DNA from: Octopus sinensis
Lineage: Eukaryota
Assembly: GCF_006345805.1 (NCBI RefSeq)
Contig: NC_043008.1
Coordinates: 4,836,001-4,900,000, forward strand
Length of the DNA: 64,000 bases
Direction: 5' to 3'
A program made the translations under genes and the position numbers. The stretch's first letter is position 1. The number at the start of each line of letters is the position of its first letter. The notes below the pieces were generated by a model that made no database searches, had not been told where the DNA came from, and saw nothing but the letters and a program-made list of their open reading frames with translations. Positions 52,270-63,948 of this stretch are shown here, piece after piece.

Positions 52270-52600
52270 TGTATTCAGCGGAAGCAAATTGAACAACAAC
52301 TTCCGGCGGTGTATATTTCGTTTGTCCCTGTTATTTATTACATATTTCTTCTCAGTTACGTTCGTATCAGAAGTACATTTACTTCATGACTTCTCAGACA
52401 TACACCAACACCGCCATAATCGTTCGTGCATTCAATCTTTACTGTGTTTTGTTTGTTTTCATTCTAACCAGTTAAACAGTAAACTGAAGCACACACTTAA
52501 AAGACAGCATTATACACGAAGCGCACATATTGTTTAGATAATAAATTACGCTTACAAAGTACTAGTTGTTAACATATTAAATGCGGGAAGTAGCTAACTA
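52270..52600. promoter_or_regulatory. Putative housekeeping-type promoter
   Basis: CpG-enriched; ETS motifs GCGGAAGC 52278, ACTTCCGG 52299 and CGGGAAGT 52584; YY1-like CCGCCAT 52411; adjacent CCAAT/CRE array; CCGCCCAGGG twice at 51449 and 51498. Confidence 0.45.
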
Positions 52601-52799
52601 GAAAAATTATTTGATTCTTGTTCATTTCCTAAATGATTCTTTCTTCTTAAATCAAAATGCAATCAATAGATTTGTTGTATCTTCTTGGAAACATTGCTGT
52701 ACCACTCAAGGAAATCAAATCGCCAAAATTTCACCTCGTTAGTAAAGTAACTAACATGGTGAAGCTCTCTGCGTTGGGCGTAAGAGACAAACTATAACT

Positions 52800-53935
52800 G
52801 GTTGAAGTCCTTTATTTTCGGCCAAAAAGAGGTTGTCACAGTTCTAGGACAGCACTCTTCACCCTATGAGATGACATCTGGTGTACCACAGGGATCTGTT
52901 CTTGGCCCCCTTTTATTTGTTGCATATGTTAATGACATAGATGCCAACTTAAAGAATGCCACAGTGCTGAAATATGCAGATGACATCAAGCTGTACCTCG
53001 AAATAAAGAGGTCAGATCCTGTACACTATAGATCTTTGTTGCAAGCAGACCTGGACACAATGCAGCAGTGGATCATGGACTGGCAACTCAAGCTGGCTGT
53101 GGACAAATGTACCACCATGCATTTTGGGAGGAGAAACCCAGCGTCCACCTTCTCCCTCCACAACACTAGTCTCAAAAAGTCTTCATGTGAACGTGACCTG
53201 GGTGTTATTGTCGACAGTGATTTACGTTGGACAAAACACATCGCTAAAATTGTCAAGAAGGCTGAGGGTGTCTTGGCATCACTCACCAAATCTTTTGTGA
53301 GCCGCTCTCCGACTATCTATCTGCAGCTTTATATAGCTATGGTAAGACCTCACCTGGAATTTGCATCGCTGGTCTGGAACCCCTATCTTGCCCAGGATAT
53401 CAATCGTCTGGAAGCCGTTCAGCGACATGCAACCAAAAGAATACCCTCCATCAGGCATTTGCCATATTCTGAACGCTTTACTTCCCTGGGCATGGATACA
53501 TTGAAACTCCGACGTCTGGCAGACACCCATAAAATTATCAACCATCGTACAAACAATAACTCTGAGCACCTTTTGAAACTCCACCCATCTAACACCCATG
53601 GAAATATTTACAAAGTCAGAAAACAGCACAGCTCCCATGACTTTAGGAAACATTTTTTCACGCTGAGAGTTGCTGAAGCATGGAACAAACTGCCAGCATC
53701 AGTTGTTAGTTGTCGGAGCACTGCATCCTTCAAAACTTCCATGCTTCCTGAAATTCGCCAACACTACACCTGATTTTCTCCCCTCCATACACACACAAGC
53801 ATGTATCTGACTCATGCATTGTTCGCTCTCCAGACATTTGTACATTACTGCATATACTCTATACGCACTTTCTGACAAGTTGTGTTGCACCAGAGCACTG
53901 TATACAATAATTTCATTATTATTATTATTATTATA
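52800..53935 (+). mobile_element. CR1/L2-type LINE, 5'-truncated, 323-codon RT fragment plus 3' UTR and (ATT)n tail
   Basis: SGVPQGSVLGPLLFVAYVND, KYADDIKLY, ERDLGVIVD, VRPHLEFASLVWNP, HFFTLRVAEAWNKLP. Confidence 0.93.
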
Positions 53936-54694
53936 GTTGATGTAGCTTACCACGAAATTTTGATTAAAAGAACAGAAAAATGGTAATTTATATGGCTAGC
54001 TGCCATCACAATAAATAAAGACAGTAAGTTTGTTCTTCAATAGTAGGATTTATAACTTTGGGCAAGCTCTAGAATTATTAGACTTCATCAGTAAATCATA
54101 GTATTAACATGTTTCCTATATCTTAGCAACCCAGTTTTTTGTACTCTTCGTATGCTTCGGTAGACGTAAATACTACAAAGCCAAACCTGTAAACATTTGA
54201 AAATAATGTCTTTACATTTTCAAAGTATTAAGCATAAAATATAATAAATGATAAAGTAACTCAATATGTCACATAGCTTATCTCTGATATTTTGAAGTGA
54301 AATGAGTAATGAGCAAATATTCTTGTCAGCTCTTTGATAGAATGCTAACTGTTGCTAACAAGTAGCAACTTTACTTAGAATTGAAAGCCCTTGAAAATCG
54401 TGCTGTTGTTGAACAAGATAAGACTGGATTGAAAGGAAATCTGATTAAAAGCTTTCCAACCACAATCATCTGATATTCTAGGTACTGTGTACTCAGTAGC
54501 ACATTTTCTAAATGATGGTAGAGTTTGATTTGAGGAAGATTTGGCTGCTATTTCTAGGAAGTGAAGCAACTGTTTGGAAGCCCTTCATTTCAACTATTTT
54601 GATGGTTTGATTCTTTTATTAGAAACAAGTAGAATTGTGTATCTTATCCCCAAACAATAGAGTATCAACCATTTAATATGAAAGAGTGTAAGCA

Positions 54695-55421
54695 CCCTGA
54701 GAGAAATGCTGGACATAAGAAGCATTGGATGTGGTGTGCAAGAGAGACGTTTGCGCTGGTATGGTCATGTACTATGGATGGATGAAGAGAGATGTGTGAA
54801 GAAGTGCCACTCCCAAACAGTTGAAGGTATCCGGGGAAGAGGTAGACCCAGGAAGACATGGGATGAGGTGGTCAAGCATGACCTTCAGCCTCACAGAGAC
54901 AATGACGAAAGCCTGAGATCTCTGAAGATATGCTGTGACTGCAAAGACCCGACAAATAACATGAGTTCATGGGTGTTTCCTGCACCAGTTTTGCATAGCC
55001 CCAGCCCATCCAAAGTACCTTGGATCGTAGGGTGACCTGCTGTGCTTGAGGAGACCTATTGAGTGAAGTACATCAATATCAAATGGAAATTGTAGTTATG
55101 ATACCTGAGCTGGCGGCACGTAAAAAGCACCATCTGAACGTGGCCGATGCCAGCGCCCCCTTGACTGGCTTCTGTACCAGAGGCATGTAAAAAGTACCAG
55201 CCGATCGTGCTGCTGCCAGCCTCCCCTGGCACCTGTGCCGGTGGCACTTAAAAAGTACCCACTACACTCACAGAATGGTTGGCGTTAGGAAGGGCATCCA
55301 GCTGTAGAAACACTGCCAGATCAGACTGGAGCCTGGTGCAGCCTTCTGGCTTCCTAGACCCCGGTCGAACCGTCCAACCCATGCTAGCACGAAAAACGAA
55401 CGTTAAACGATGATGATGATG
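54695..55421 (+). mobile_element. RTE LINE 3' end including 3' UTR tandem units and (GAT)n tail
   Basis: RRLRWYGHVL...GRGRPRKTWDEVVKHDL followed directly by the 3' UTR family seen at 468-997. Confidence 0.88.
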
Positions 55422-56059
55422 AGTATACTAAAGATTAAAAAGACAGCATTACTTATTAGTCAAATGGTTTTAGTTTTAGGCTATAAAGTGGACGGAGCAT
55501 AGAGCTTCCTCGAGGTACGACACCATTAATTTTACAAGTACATTCCTAAATGATTTCAAAGGCCAATATAGAATAAATGTTCTCTGTTGAAATGCAACAG
55601 CATATTTAAATTCAAACCACAATATTTTATAATTTTCTAAAATTGACATGGCAAATTCTTTTTACTGAAAAAACAAAAAATCTGGATTAAAGTAATGCTG
55701 CACTGAATATTTTAGCTGTGTAATTTTCTGTGCTGCGTCACCATGTTGAGTATCTACAAGTTGTCACTAAACTTAGTTTAGTGACAACTAGTATGATAAT
55801 CAAGAGCTATTAGCAAACTGGTAATTGCATTGATTGTATAAATTCAAGCAGATTGTCAGTAGCTAATAAACACAAGCACCACTGTTTTCTTCTTTTTTTA
55901 TTAGTTTTCGTCATGTAGTGTCCCACATTTTGAAATACTTGCAATTTGTATTTTTACTGCTTATGTTTGCTCCGCTTGATAGATTTCCAAAATCAAACAT
56001 TTTAATATGCAAAATACACTTCACATTATTACATATACTATAGGTTAATGCATAAAATA

Positions 56060-56531
56060 GTGTGTTTATTGACTATCTTCAAAATGATCACACCAACGGA
56101 AAGTTCAATGCCAACTTGCTAAGGCAGTTATGAAAGGCTATCAAGACCAAACACCTAGAAAAACTGATGAATGGGATCTTATTTAATTAGGGCAATGCTT
56201 CAGCACATAAGTCCTTGGTTTCTGTGGCTGCTGTGCGTGACTGGATTTGAACTGGTTGATCACCCTCCCTATGTTAGTGATTTGGTTCCATCTGTTCCCC
56301 AACATAGAAAAACACTCAGCTGGACACCAGTATCTCTGTGATGAGGATGCCTTATCTGCCGTTGATGACCATTTTGACCAACAGAATAGCTTCTTCACCA
56401 GTGTGATCCAAGCACTGCAACTACTTATGGAGGTGTGTGGACAGTAAGAGGAACGTTAAAAAATGAACTCCATTTGGTCCCATTCCATGAGAGTTCTTTG
56501 CTCAACCTATGAACATTCCAGCTGACCCTCA
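56060..56531 (+). mobile_element. Mariner transposon 3' fragment
   Basis: ANLLRQL.KAIKTK...AHKSLVS.AAVRD...ELVDHPPY...HLFPNIEKH; end CAGCTGACCCTCATA. Confidence 0.8.
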
Positions 56532-56744
56532 TAATAATAAAGGTGATTATTATACCTGCATTTGTTTTAATGTTAACATTGAAAAAAATCCACATTTTTC
56601 ATAAAAGAATTTGGACCTGGGTTTGCACCCCCTTAGCAAATTTTATTGCTGAACCACTGCAGGAAGGGCATAGAACCATAGAGAATCTGCCACAACAAAT
56701 TTCCATCCAACCCATAGAAGTATGGAAATGTGGACCTTAAAATA

Positions 56745-57110
56745 TATATTCTTTTACTTGTTTCAGGCATTTGACTGTGGCCATGCTGGAGTACTGCCTT
56801 TAGTCAAAGAAATCGATTTTTGCTTTGTAAGCCTAGTACTTATTCTTTCGGTCTCTTTTGCCAAACCGCTAAGTTACAGAGATGTAAACACACCAACATT
56901 GGTTTCCAGGCGATGGTGTGGGGGACAAATACAAACACATAAATACATATATATGTGTGTGTGTGTTCAGTTTCCGTCTACCAAATCCACTCACAAAGCT
57001 TTGGTCAGCCTGAGATTATAGTAGAAGACACTTGCCCAAGGTGCCATGCAGTGGGACTGAACCCAGAGCCATATGGCTGGGAAGCAAGCTTCTTACCACA
57101 CAGCCACAGC
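56745..57110 (-). mobile_element. SINE family A, near full length
   Basis: Tail TTTTACTTGTTTCAG..TTTGACTGTGGCCATGCTGG and head CTTACCACACAGCCAC. Confidence 0.85.
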
Positions 57111-57134
57111 AGCATATAATATATGATGATGCTG

Positions 57135-57330
57135 ATGTGTGTGTGTCTTTCTGTTTGTGTTTGTTCCCCACCCCTTCACAGCTGGTCTTCGTTTCTTTAC
57201 AGCAAAATAGACTGATAGAATAAGAAGAAGACTCTAAGAAGATAAATACTGATATGAATTTGACCAAACCCTTGCAAGGTGGTGCCCCAGCATGACTGCA
57301 GTCCACAGACTGTAACAAGTCAAACAAATA
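57135..57330 (+). mobile_element. SINE family A 3' half
   Basis: TGTTTGTTCCCC...GATAGAATAAG...GGTGGTGCCCCAGCATGACTGCAGTC. Confidence 0.65.
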
Positions 57331-57349
57331 CTGAAGGATGTGTGATGGC

Positions 57350-57700
57350 TGAGAAACACAAGTGAAGAGGAGATATGTAGATGCAACAGAAGACCCCCTT
57401 CAAGTCTAGGCTCAACAACCATAAGTCCTCTTTTAATATTCAGAAGAACTGTAATTTTACAACATTGGTGAGAGATTTATGAAAATTGAAAGAAAATGCT
57501 GCACATCAACTGGAGTGTGTTGCAAAAATGCAGACCTTTCCTCATCCGCAGTATGAGGTGCAAATGTTGCTTAGAGGAGAAAAGGATTATAATGTGGGAT
57601 TTCTTCTGCCCAGAGAACTGCCTGAACTCTAAAAGCGAAATATTTACCTCTTGTCCTCATGACTGGAAATATATATCAACCGACTGGTCAGTTCCATTCA
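57350..57700 (+). mobile_element. Penelope-like GIY-YIG C-terminal fragment
   Basis: YVDATEDPFKSRLNNHKSSF... and INWSVLQKCRPF...RCKCCLEEK...LNSKSEIFTSCPH. Confidence 0.75.
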
Positions 57701-58547
57701 AGCAGAAAGGGTTGGTGTTTGTCTCATTAGAAGTCATTTTAGCATAAAAAGGGTTGGTGCTACTTTAGTGTGTGATTTACCACAGGATCTGTAGTCTACA
57801 CAGTGAAATAACCTGAATTCGGTTAGGATTTAGAAATAAGGGTTAAAGTTTAAAGTTACGGTTAGGGTCAGACGGCACACAGATAAAACAGAAATATAGT
57901 AGAGTAATGGTCGGCATTCACACTCGATTGCTGACGCGCAGAACAATTACAGACCAATCTAAGGGACACAACTCTAACGGGCTTTAGAACTAGCTTTTTT
58001 TCTTCTTTCTTTTTGTCTTTTACGTTACCTCTGAGATTTGTTGACAGAATGGTGTTATGAGACATCCGGCAAAAACGATCCCAAGCTATACTCTTCCATT
58101 CAACCTTAGGTTTTTTAAATGCAAAAACATTCGAGAATATGAAATAGATGTTATGAAGCTAAATTTATAAAGCTATACAAATAAGTAGACATAATGGCGG
58201 TGCTCCAGCATGGCCAATGGCCACAGTCATTGGACTGAAACATAAAAGAATAATAAGTATAAATAATGTATATAAATAATGTGTGTGTGTCGTCACAACA
58301 AAGAGGAAAGTGTGGTGAGATTACATCAAGACTACTGAGTTATTTTGAGGAGACTGAAGCAACTGCAGGAGATGAGAAAAGCTAAAGAAGGAATGGGTCA
58401 TCATCACGACCTCAATCTGACCAAAAGCCTACACATTTGCCCCAAGTGTGCCACAGCCTGTCGCTCAAAGATCAATATAGATGGCCACCTAAGGATTTGT
58501 TATTGTCCTTCATCATCTTTGGATCTACCACCATCATAATATATATG

Positions 58548-59410
58548 CAGGCTGCCAGGAGTAAATTATCGGTATTTTATATTTTTAATTTCGTACAAGC
58601 GCATTGTCTTTGATTTTGTCGACTACACAGTATAGTAGGGTCAGTTGGGCACCATCTGTGAGAAAAACAGCACCATGACGCAATTCACTCTGCCAGAAAT
58701 TTGGAAACAACATGCTGTACTGCTTGATAGTCATGCCAGAAGGTCCAATATGAACATTTTAGAGTGTTTGGGTGTCAATCTGAGAGGACAGTGCATGTAC
58801 CGAGAGTGATAAGAATCCAGTCAACATCATGGTGTTTGGAGTGATCACTAGTGATGCCACATTATGTTTCCATTCATCTTCCCACACTTCCTCAGAATCA
58901 ACAGAGGCCTACATCGAGTGCCTGGAGGAGACAGTGCTGCCCTGAGTCAGGAGGGTGGCTGCAGGAAGACCTTATGTCTGGCAACAGAACTCTGCACCAT
59001 GCCACACAAGCAGGAGAACCCAATCATGGCTGTTAGATAATTTCTGCGACCACATCACCCCTAACATCTGGCCACCTAACGCCCCAGACTGCAATGTCCT
59101 TCATTATGTGTGGGGTGCTGTTCAGTGGGAGACCAATAAAACTTCTTGTAGCACCAAAGATGAACTGAAGGCAAGGATTATGATAGCATTGACCAACTTA
59201 AACAAGGAGACGTCCAGAAGAATTACAAGAGATTCCAAAGTCGTCTGGAGGCCATGGTGGAAGTCAATGGCGATTTTATTGAATATATTTACTCTTTAGC
59301 ATTTCAGGATATTTTTATGTAATTTTGGTAAATATATCTGTTAAAATGAGATGTCAGTATTATTTTCATTTTTGCATAATTTAGACGATAATATATTCAC
59401 CGCACCATAC
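58548..59410 (+). mobile_element. Tc1/mariner superfamily (maT/DD37D-like) element with internal deletion
   Basis: PYVWQQNSAPCHTSRRTQSWL...WPPNAPDCN..YVWGAV...KDELKARI; imperfect TIR-like ends near 58548 and 59405. Confidence 0.8.
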
Positions 59411-60559
59411 ATAAATATAAAAATGGAACAAAAACGCAAGAGTACAATAAAACATTTGGACAGATAAATGATACAAAGGTGGACAAGAGAAACAATTAGA
59501 AGGACAGGCAAAAAAAAATGGGTCATTCGTGGCCTTCTTTCCTCAGTCAAGTCCCAGAAGTCACGACCGTTTCAGGCAGTCTATATATATATATATATAT
59601 ATATATATTGCAGAACTATTGTTTTAATGAGTTATAGCTATTTATCACACACCTTTCTTGTGAAAAAAATTTTTTTTTTTATAAATCATAAAGGCTTCCT
59701 CGATTGCTTTTAAGAATGTACTACAAAAAAAAATCGGTCCACATAGGGGTAAGGAAAAGAAGGGAGGGAGGTGAGAAAAAAATTGGGAAAATCATTGTCG
59801 AAACAGAGAAAATCCAACAGGTAGATCTTGTGATCTGAAACTGCCACTACTCATTTTGCCCCAATTTAGACAATTTTTGAAAATGGAAAATTATCAAGTT
59901 AGACATTAGTGTGGGAAAAATTGACATGGAATCCAACAGAGAAAAGAATATCAATTGTTAAACACCAAAAATTATCCAGATGCTTAATTTGCAACCTCAA
60001 TTACAATCGAGTTGAATTTGAGGAAAAATTTCTTGAAAGAAAAATACCCGTCACCTGATTGTGTTTCAAAACTTCAACAACTATGCTGACCAATTTTGAC
60101 TCCCAAAGATGATGCAATATTTGTACGTGATGAATATCCAACAGGAAACAATCTCCATATTTAAGCTGCATTAAACTTTGGCAATCTTACCTTTACCTAT
60201 TCCGAGTTACTTGAAAGGTGAGGTAACCTTTCCTCTGCTTCTTTACCTACCAATGCTTTGTTTCACTTTAAGGATGCTTATTTACTCATCCATTGTTTCA
60301 AATACATTTTAGCATTGTCGGTCTTGCGCTTTTTTTCTTAAAAACAATCACATAGGATTCATCCCAAAGAATCAACCTTTAAATAAAAGTTTGGCTTCCA
60401 CTCGCGAAAGCTATACGTATCTTTCAGAAAGCTCCCTACCAATTTCACTTTATGCACAGGCAATGTGGGAAGAGAGAATAAAGGGGCTTTTGTTAGGTGA
60501 TAATAGAATTGATAATCACTTGGTACACTAGAACCCATTATCTTTCCCAGATGATACAG

Positions 60560-61330
60560 GCATGCCATCTAAAAAGAGAGCATGCAATGGCAGAAGATCT
60601 TCTGCAGCAGCACTGGAAGGCTAAGGAAACTGAGGAGCAGAATTCCTGTAGACTATTGAAAACAACCTACCACTGCTAAAGCTGCAACTACTCCAGAGCA
60701 GCGTGAAACCTATTGAGTGCATGCTGCTGATGCAAGGGCCGCAGAAACCCCATTAAAAAAATGCTATCCATCAGGCACAGAACACTGCAACCACTTCTGC
60801 CGTGAGGTTGGCAGATGACAATAACCATCGGATGATGAGGCTGCAGTCAAATGTTCACCGGAAGGCTCTTGCCCATGGCTATTGGAAGCCATCGAGCAGT
60901 CGATGGGCACCAAAGGAGCTCAGTGATCCTGCTGAGGATTACACCACTCATTGAGAGACTGTTACAGGGGATATGTCAGTAATATACCCATTTTGCAAGG
61001 CCCTCAAGTGTGTTGGAGAATCAGGTTCATTTGCCTGACCTGCTAAACACTCCTCAACCTTTGCTCTCTTGACTCCTTGCTCAACACCTTGATTTGCAGC
61101 AATTTACACAGAAAATTCGCGTGTATAACTCTGCTTTCCAGATAGCGAGTGTCAGTCACAAACCTATTCATAAAGACTTCTACATGCCGACATTCAAAAT
61201 TTGGGGCCAAACCTATCATCGGATAGGCTCTATTCTTCATGTCAACAACACTGAACACCGATTCCTTCAAATTTACTCCATGGGAGATACCACTGAGCAA
61301 ACGGTCTGTCGAGCTTGGGTGGTACCTGTG
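60560..61330 (+). mobile_element. Helitron RepHel N-terminal remnant
   Basis: GDMSVI.PFCKALKCVGE zinc-finger-like motif; FTQKIRVYNSAFQIAS...MPTFKIWGQTYHRIGSIL...FLQIYSMGD. Confidence 0.8.
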
Positions 61331-62111
61331 TTAAAAAAATGCCTCTTTTGTCTGAATGCAATCCTTCTCTAATTTCCATTGCGCGTTACTAGCGGACATG
61401 TTCCTTTTCAAGCCTTCATGATGGCTCGTTAATGACCGACTCATATGCAGGGGGACAACTCTCTGCTCACGATAAGACCACTGCCGGTTATTTTCAGTGC
61501 GTATATACATGTATCCTGCTCACTTTTACCGTCATCACAACTTCACAATTACGGTCTGCCTTTCAACACGACATCTTTTCACTGCAAACGGCTAAGGATT
61601 CAAAGCAGTATTGGTGAACTGAAGTCAGCATGTAGTCAATACATGCTGACTTTAACTCTACTTTTACAAGTAGGTATTATATTGCCATTTTTGAACGTAC
61701 CAATCAAACTTCTCTCTGAAAAAATGGCTCCCTTCATTGTTGAATAAAATAAACTCGCAGAAGGGAAGTTTCAACGTCTTCTTTCAATTTCCTCACACCA
61801 TTTATGTAGCTGATTCTGACAAGAAATTTCGCTTTCATGTAAAACAACTATATTTTGTAGTCATTATCCGTAATCTACTCCCAAAACACTTCGGTAGCCC
61901 TGCTTTGCAAACTTATATGTTCTATGATCATTAAAGTGTAACGACCTCCACAATAACCAGCCTCCAATTTCATTACACATTCCTAGGTTAATCAGAAACA
62001 GATTGCTGTGCTACTCATAAACCTTCTCTGTAGTTCGATTATTTGGTGAAAAAAGGCCACCAAAGCAATTTAAACCGTCTAAAGGACGTGTGTGTTTGCT
62101 AGTATGTATAT

Positions 62112-62143
<32 letters not shown>

Positions 62144-62344
62144 TACACCCACAACTTGGATTATAACTCCATCTATACACTATGTTTACTTACATTATAT
62201 TTGTGTGCACATAGACATGTGTTTGTCTCCTCGTGATATCATTGAATAGTTGTGATGATGACACCTTAAATATTCCAGTGTTTTCCTATCATCTCAGGCA
62301 GATTATTTTAATAGACTTGATATTCTGAACGCATTTATCTTTTA

Positions 62345-62650
62345 CCAATTTCAGTGATTGGACTGCAACCATGCCGAGGCACCATCTTGAAGGGTCGAAC
62401 AGATCAACCCCAGTACTCTTTCCTCTAACCACCGAGTTACTAGGCTGTAAACAAACCAACACTGGTTGTCAAGCAATGGTGGGGGACAGACACACATGTA
62501 CAAGCTGCTTTCAATTTCTGTGTACCAAATCGAGACAAAAATTTGGTTGACCTGGAGTTATACAAGACACGTGTCCAAGATACCATACACTGGGACTGAA
62601 CTGAAAACCACATGCCAGGAAAGCAAGCTTCCAAACAACACAGCCATGTC
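62345..62650 (-). mobile_element. SINE family A, degraded, just downstream of the SUB1 3' end
   Basis: GGACTGCAACCATGCCGAGGCACC tail and CAAACAACACAGCCATG head. Confidence 0.7.
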
Positions 62651-62726
62651 TCTGGGCCAATCAATGTTAAATTTCTTTTTATCAAGTTCACAAACACAAA
62701 AATAAAATTATTAAAAAGGAAAATAG

Positions 62727-62732
62727 TTTATT
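62727..62732 (-). promoter_or_regulatory. SUB1: Candidate polyadenylation signal of SUB1
   Basis: AATAAA on the minus strand about 95 nt after the stop codon. Confidence 0.5.
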
Positions 62733-62827
62733 AAATGATAGAATACATGAAGAACTGTTAAGAGATTCACATAATTTTTTCTTTCATGGACAAGTTCTGA
62801 ACCCCAGACTAACAATGACTTGTCCAC

Positions 62828-62907
62828 TTAGAACCTTTCAATTGCCTCATCAATGGAATCAATGTGATTTTTCAAGCATTTCCACTGCTCCAAGTTTAAA
62901 CTGATTC
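62828..62907 (-). CDS. SUB1: SUB1/PC4 last coding exon ((G)ISLNLEQWKCLKNHIDSIDEAIERF*)
   Basis: ctttttgtag acceptor, phase 1 consistent with the previous exon; matches the PC4 C-terminal GISL..EQW..LK helix; TAA at 62828-62830. Confidence 0.93.
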
Positions 62908-63610
62908 CTACAAAAAGTAAAATCAATAAAAATTATTGTCCCAAGGCCAGAACAACTTAAAGACAGTAAACTAAATAGATGTTTAACTTTGAAAATAATC
63001 AAGTTGGAAGAATTTAGTAAAACACCTCTTTCATATAGTTGTAACATGTAGCAATTACAAATGGGAGGGGAGGGGTCCATTTTAAATATGAACTTTTTAA
63101 CATGGGGTACTTAAGCGAAATTTAGATGAATTACCATTTCACTCTTTTTAGAGTAGTTTGGACATTGGTCATCATGGTCCAAGCAAGTTCTTTTGGAGTT
63201 ATTACTCTATTAAACAGACAGCCATGTCTTGCTTACATATTTCATTTTTTGCTATGACCACTATGGCTGAATGCCAATCCTAACAGAACAAAATGAACCA
63301 ACAAGGGAACTTCTTTGTCACTTGGCCTTCTAGAAATGGCAGCCAAACCTCTTACTCAGACTGTTTCAAAAGAATATGTTGATTAATGTGGCCCCAAGTT
63401 CTCTGCACACAGAAAAAAAAAATGGTCACAGCAGGAACGGCTTTGATCATAGGTCTGCTTCATCAGAGCTGATGTGGGGCCAACAAGATTAACATTTATA
63501 TAGAAAAAAGGTTTCACAATTATTTTAGAAATCCCTTAAAACAGAGCAGTCGAGTTAGAAACGCAGTCACAAACAATAACAAGAAGTTCTAAAAAAATGT
63601 GTTTCTCTAC

Positions 63611-63716
63611 CTTTTTTGCCAGGTCTTAAGTCACCGTCAGCTTCATAATATTCACGAATGCCAACCATCACTTTGCCTCGAAATTCACTGACAGTTGCAT
63701 ATCTCATCTTTGATAA
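63611..63716 (-). CDS. SUB1: SUB1/PC4 internal coding exon ([35 protein letters not shown])
   Basis: ttttag acceptor, G|gtagag donor; PC4 ssDNA-binding domain motif RY.TV.EFRGK...IREY......PGKKG. Confidence 0.95.
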
Positions 63717-63852
63717 CTAAAACGGTGGGAAATGAAGATTTGTATGTACACACAAAATTGAATTTTAGGTAGCAAAAGTAATTTAAATATGAAATTTAAA
63801 AAAAGGAAACCATAAGAATACAAGAGAAAATGGGGACAGACTTTATACACAC

Positions 63853-63948
63853 CTGAAACATGTTTTCATCACCATCACCAGAAGATTTGGCTTTCTTTTC
63901 AGGCTTTTTTTCAGGTTTCTTTTCTGGCTTCTTTTTCTTGCTTACCGG
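63853..63948 (-). CDS. SUB1: SUB1/PC4 Lys-rich exon (PVSKKKKPEKKPEKKPEKKAKSSGDGDENMFQ); upstream exon(s) outside the window
   Basis: ggttccag acceptor, CAG|gtgtgt donor, phase 0; the DENMFQ end matches vertebrate PC4 DDNMFQ. Confidence 0.9.

Noticed and set aside
52802-53773. 323 aa ORF as a host gene
   Set aside because: It is a 5'-truncated LINE RT with family 3' UTR and (ATT)n tail; a second copy of the UTR occurs at 21793-21990.
59520-59580. Hammerhead-like GAAAC...CTGAGGA on minus
   Set aside because: Cleavage triplet is GUG and no stem I or II pairing can be drawn.
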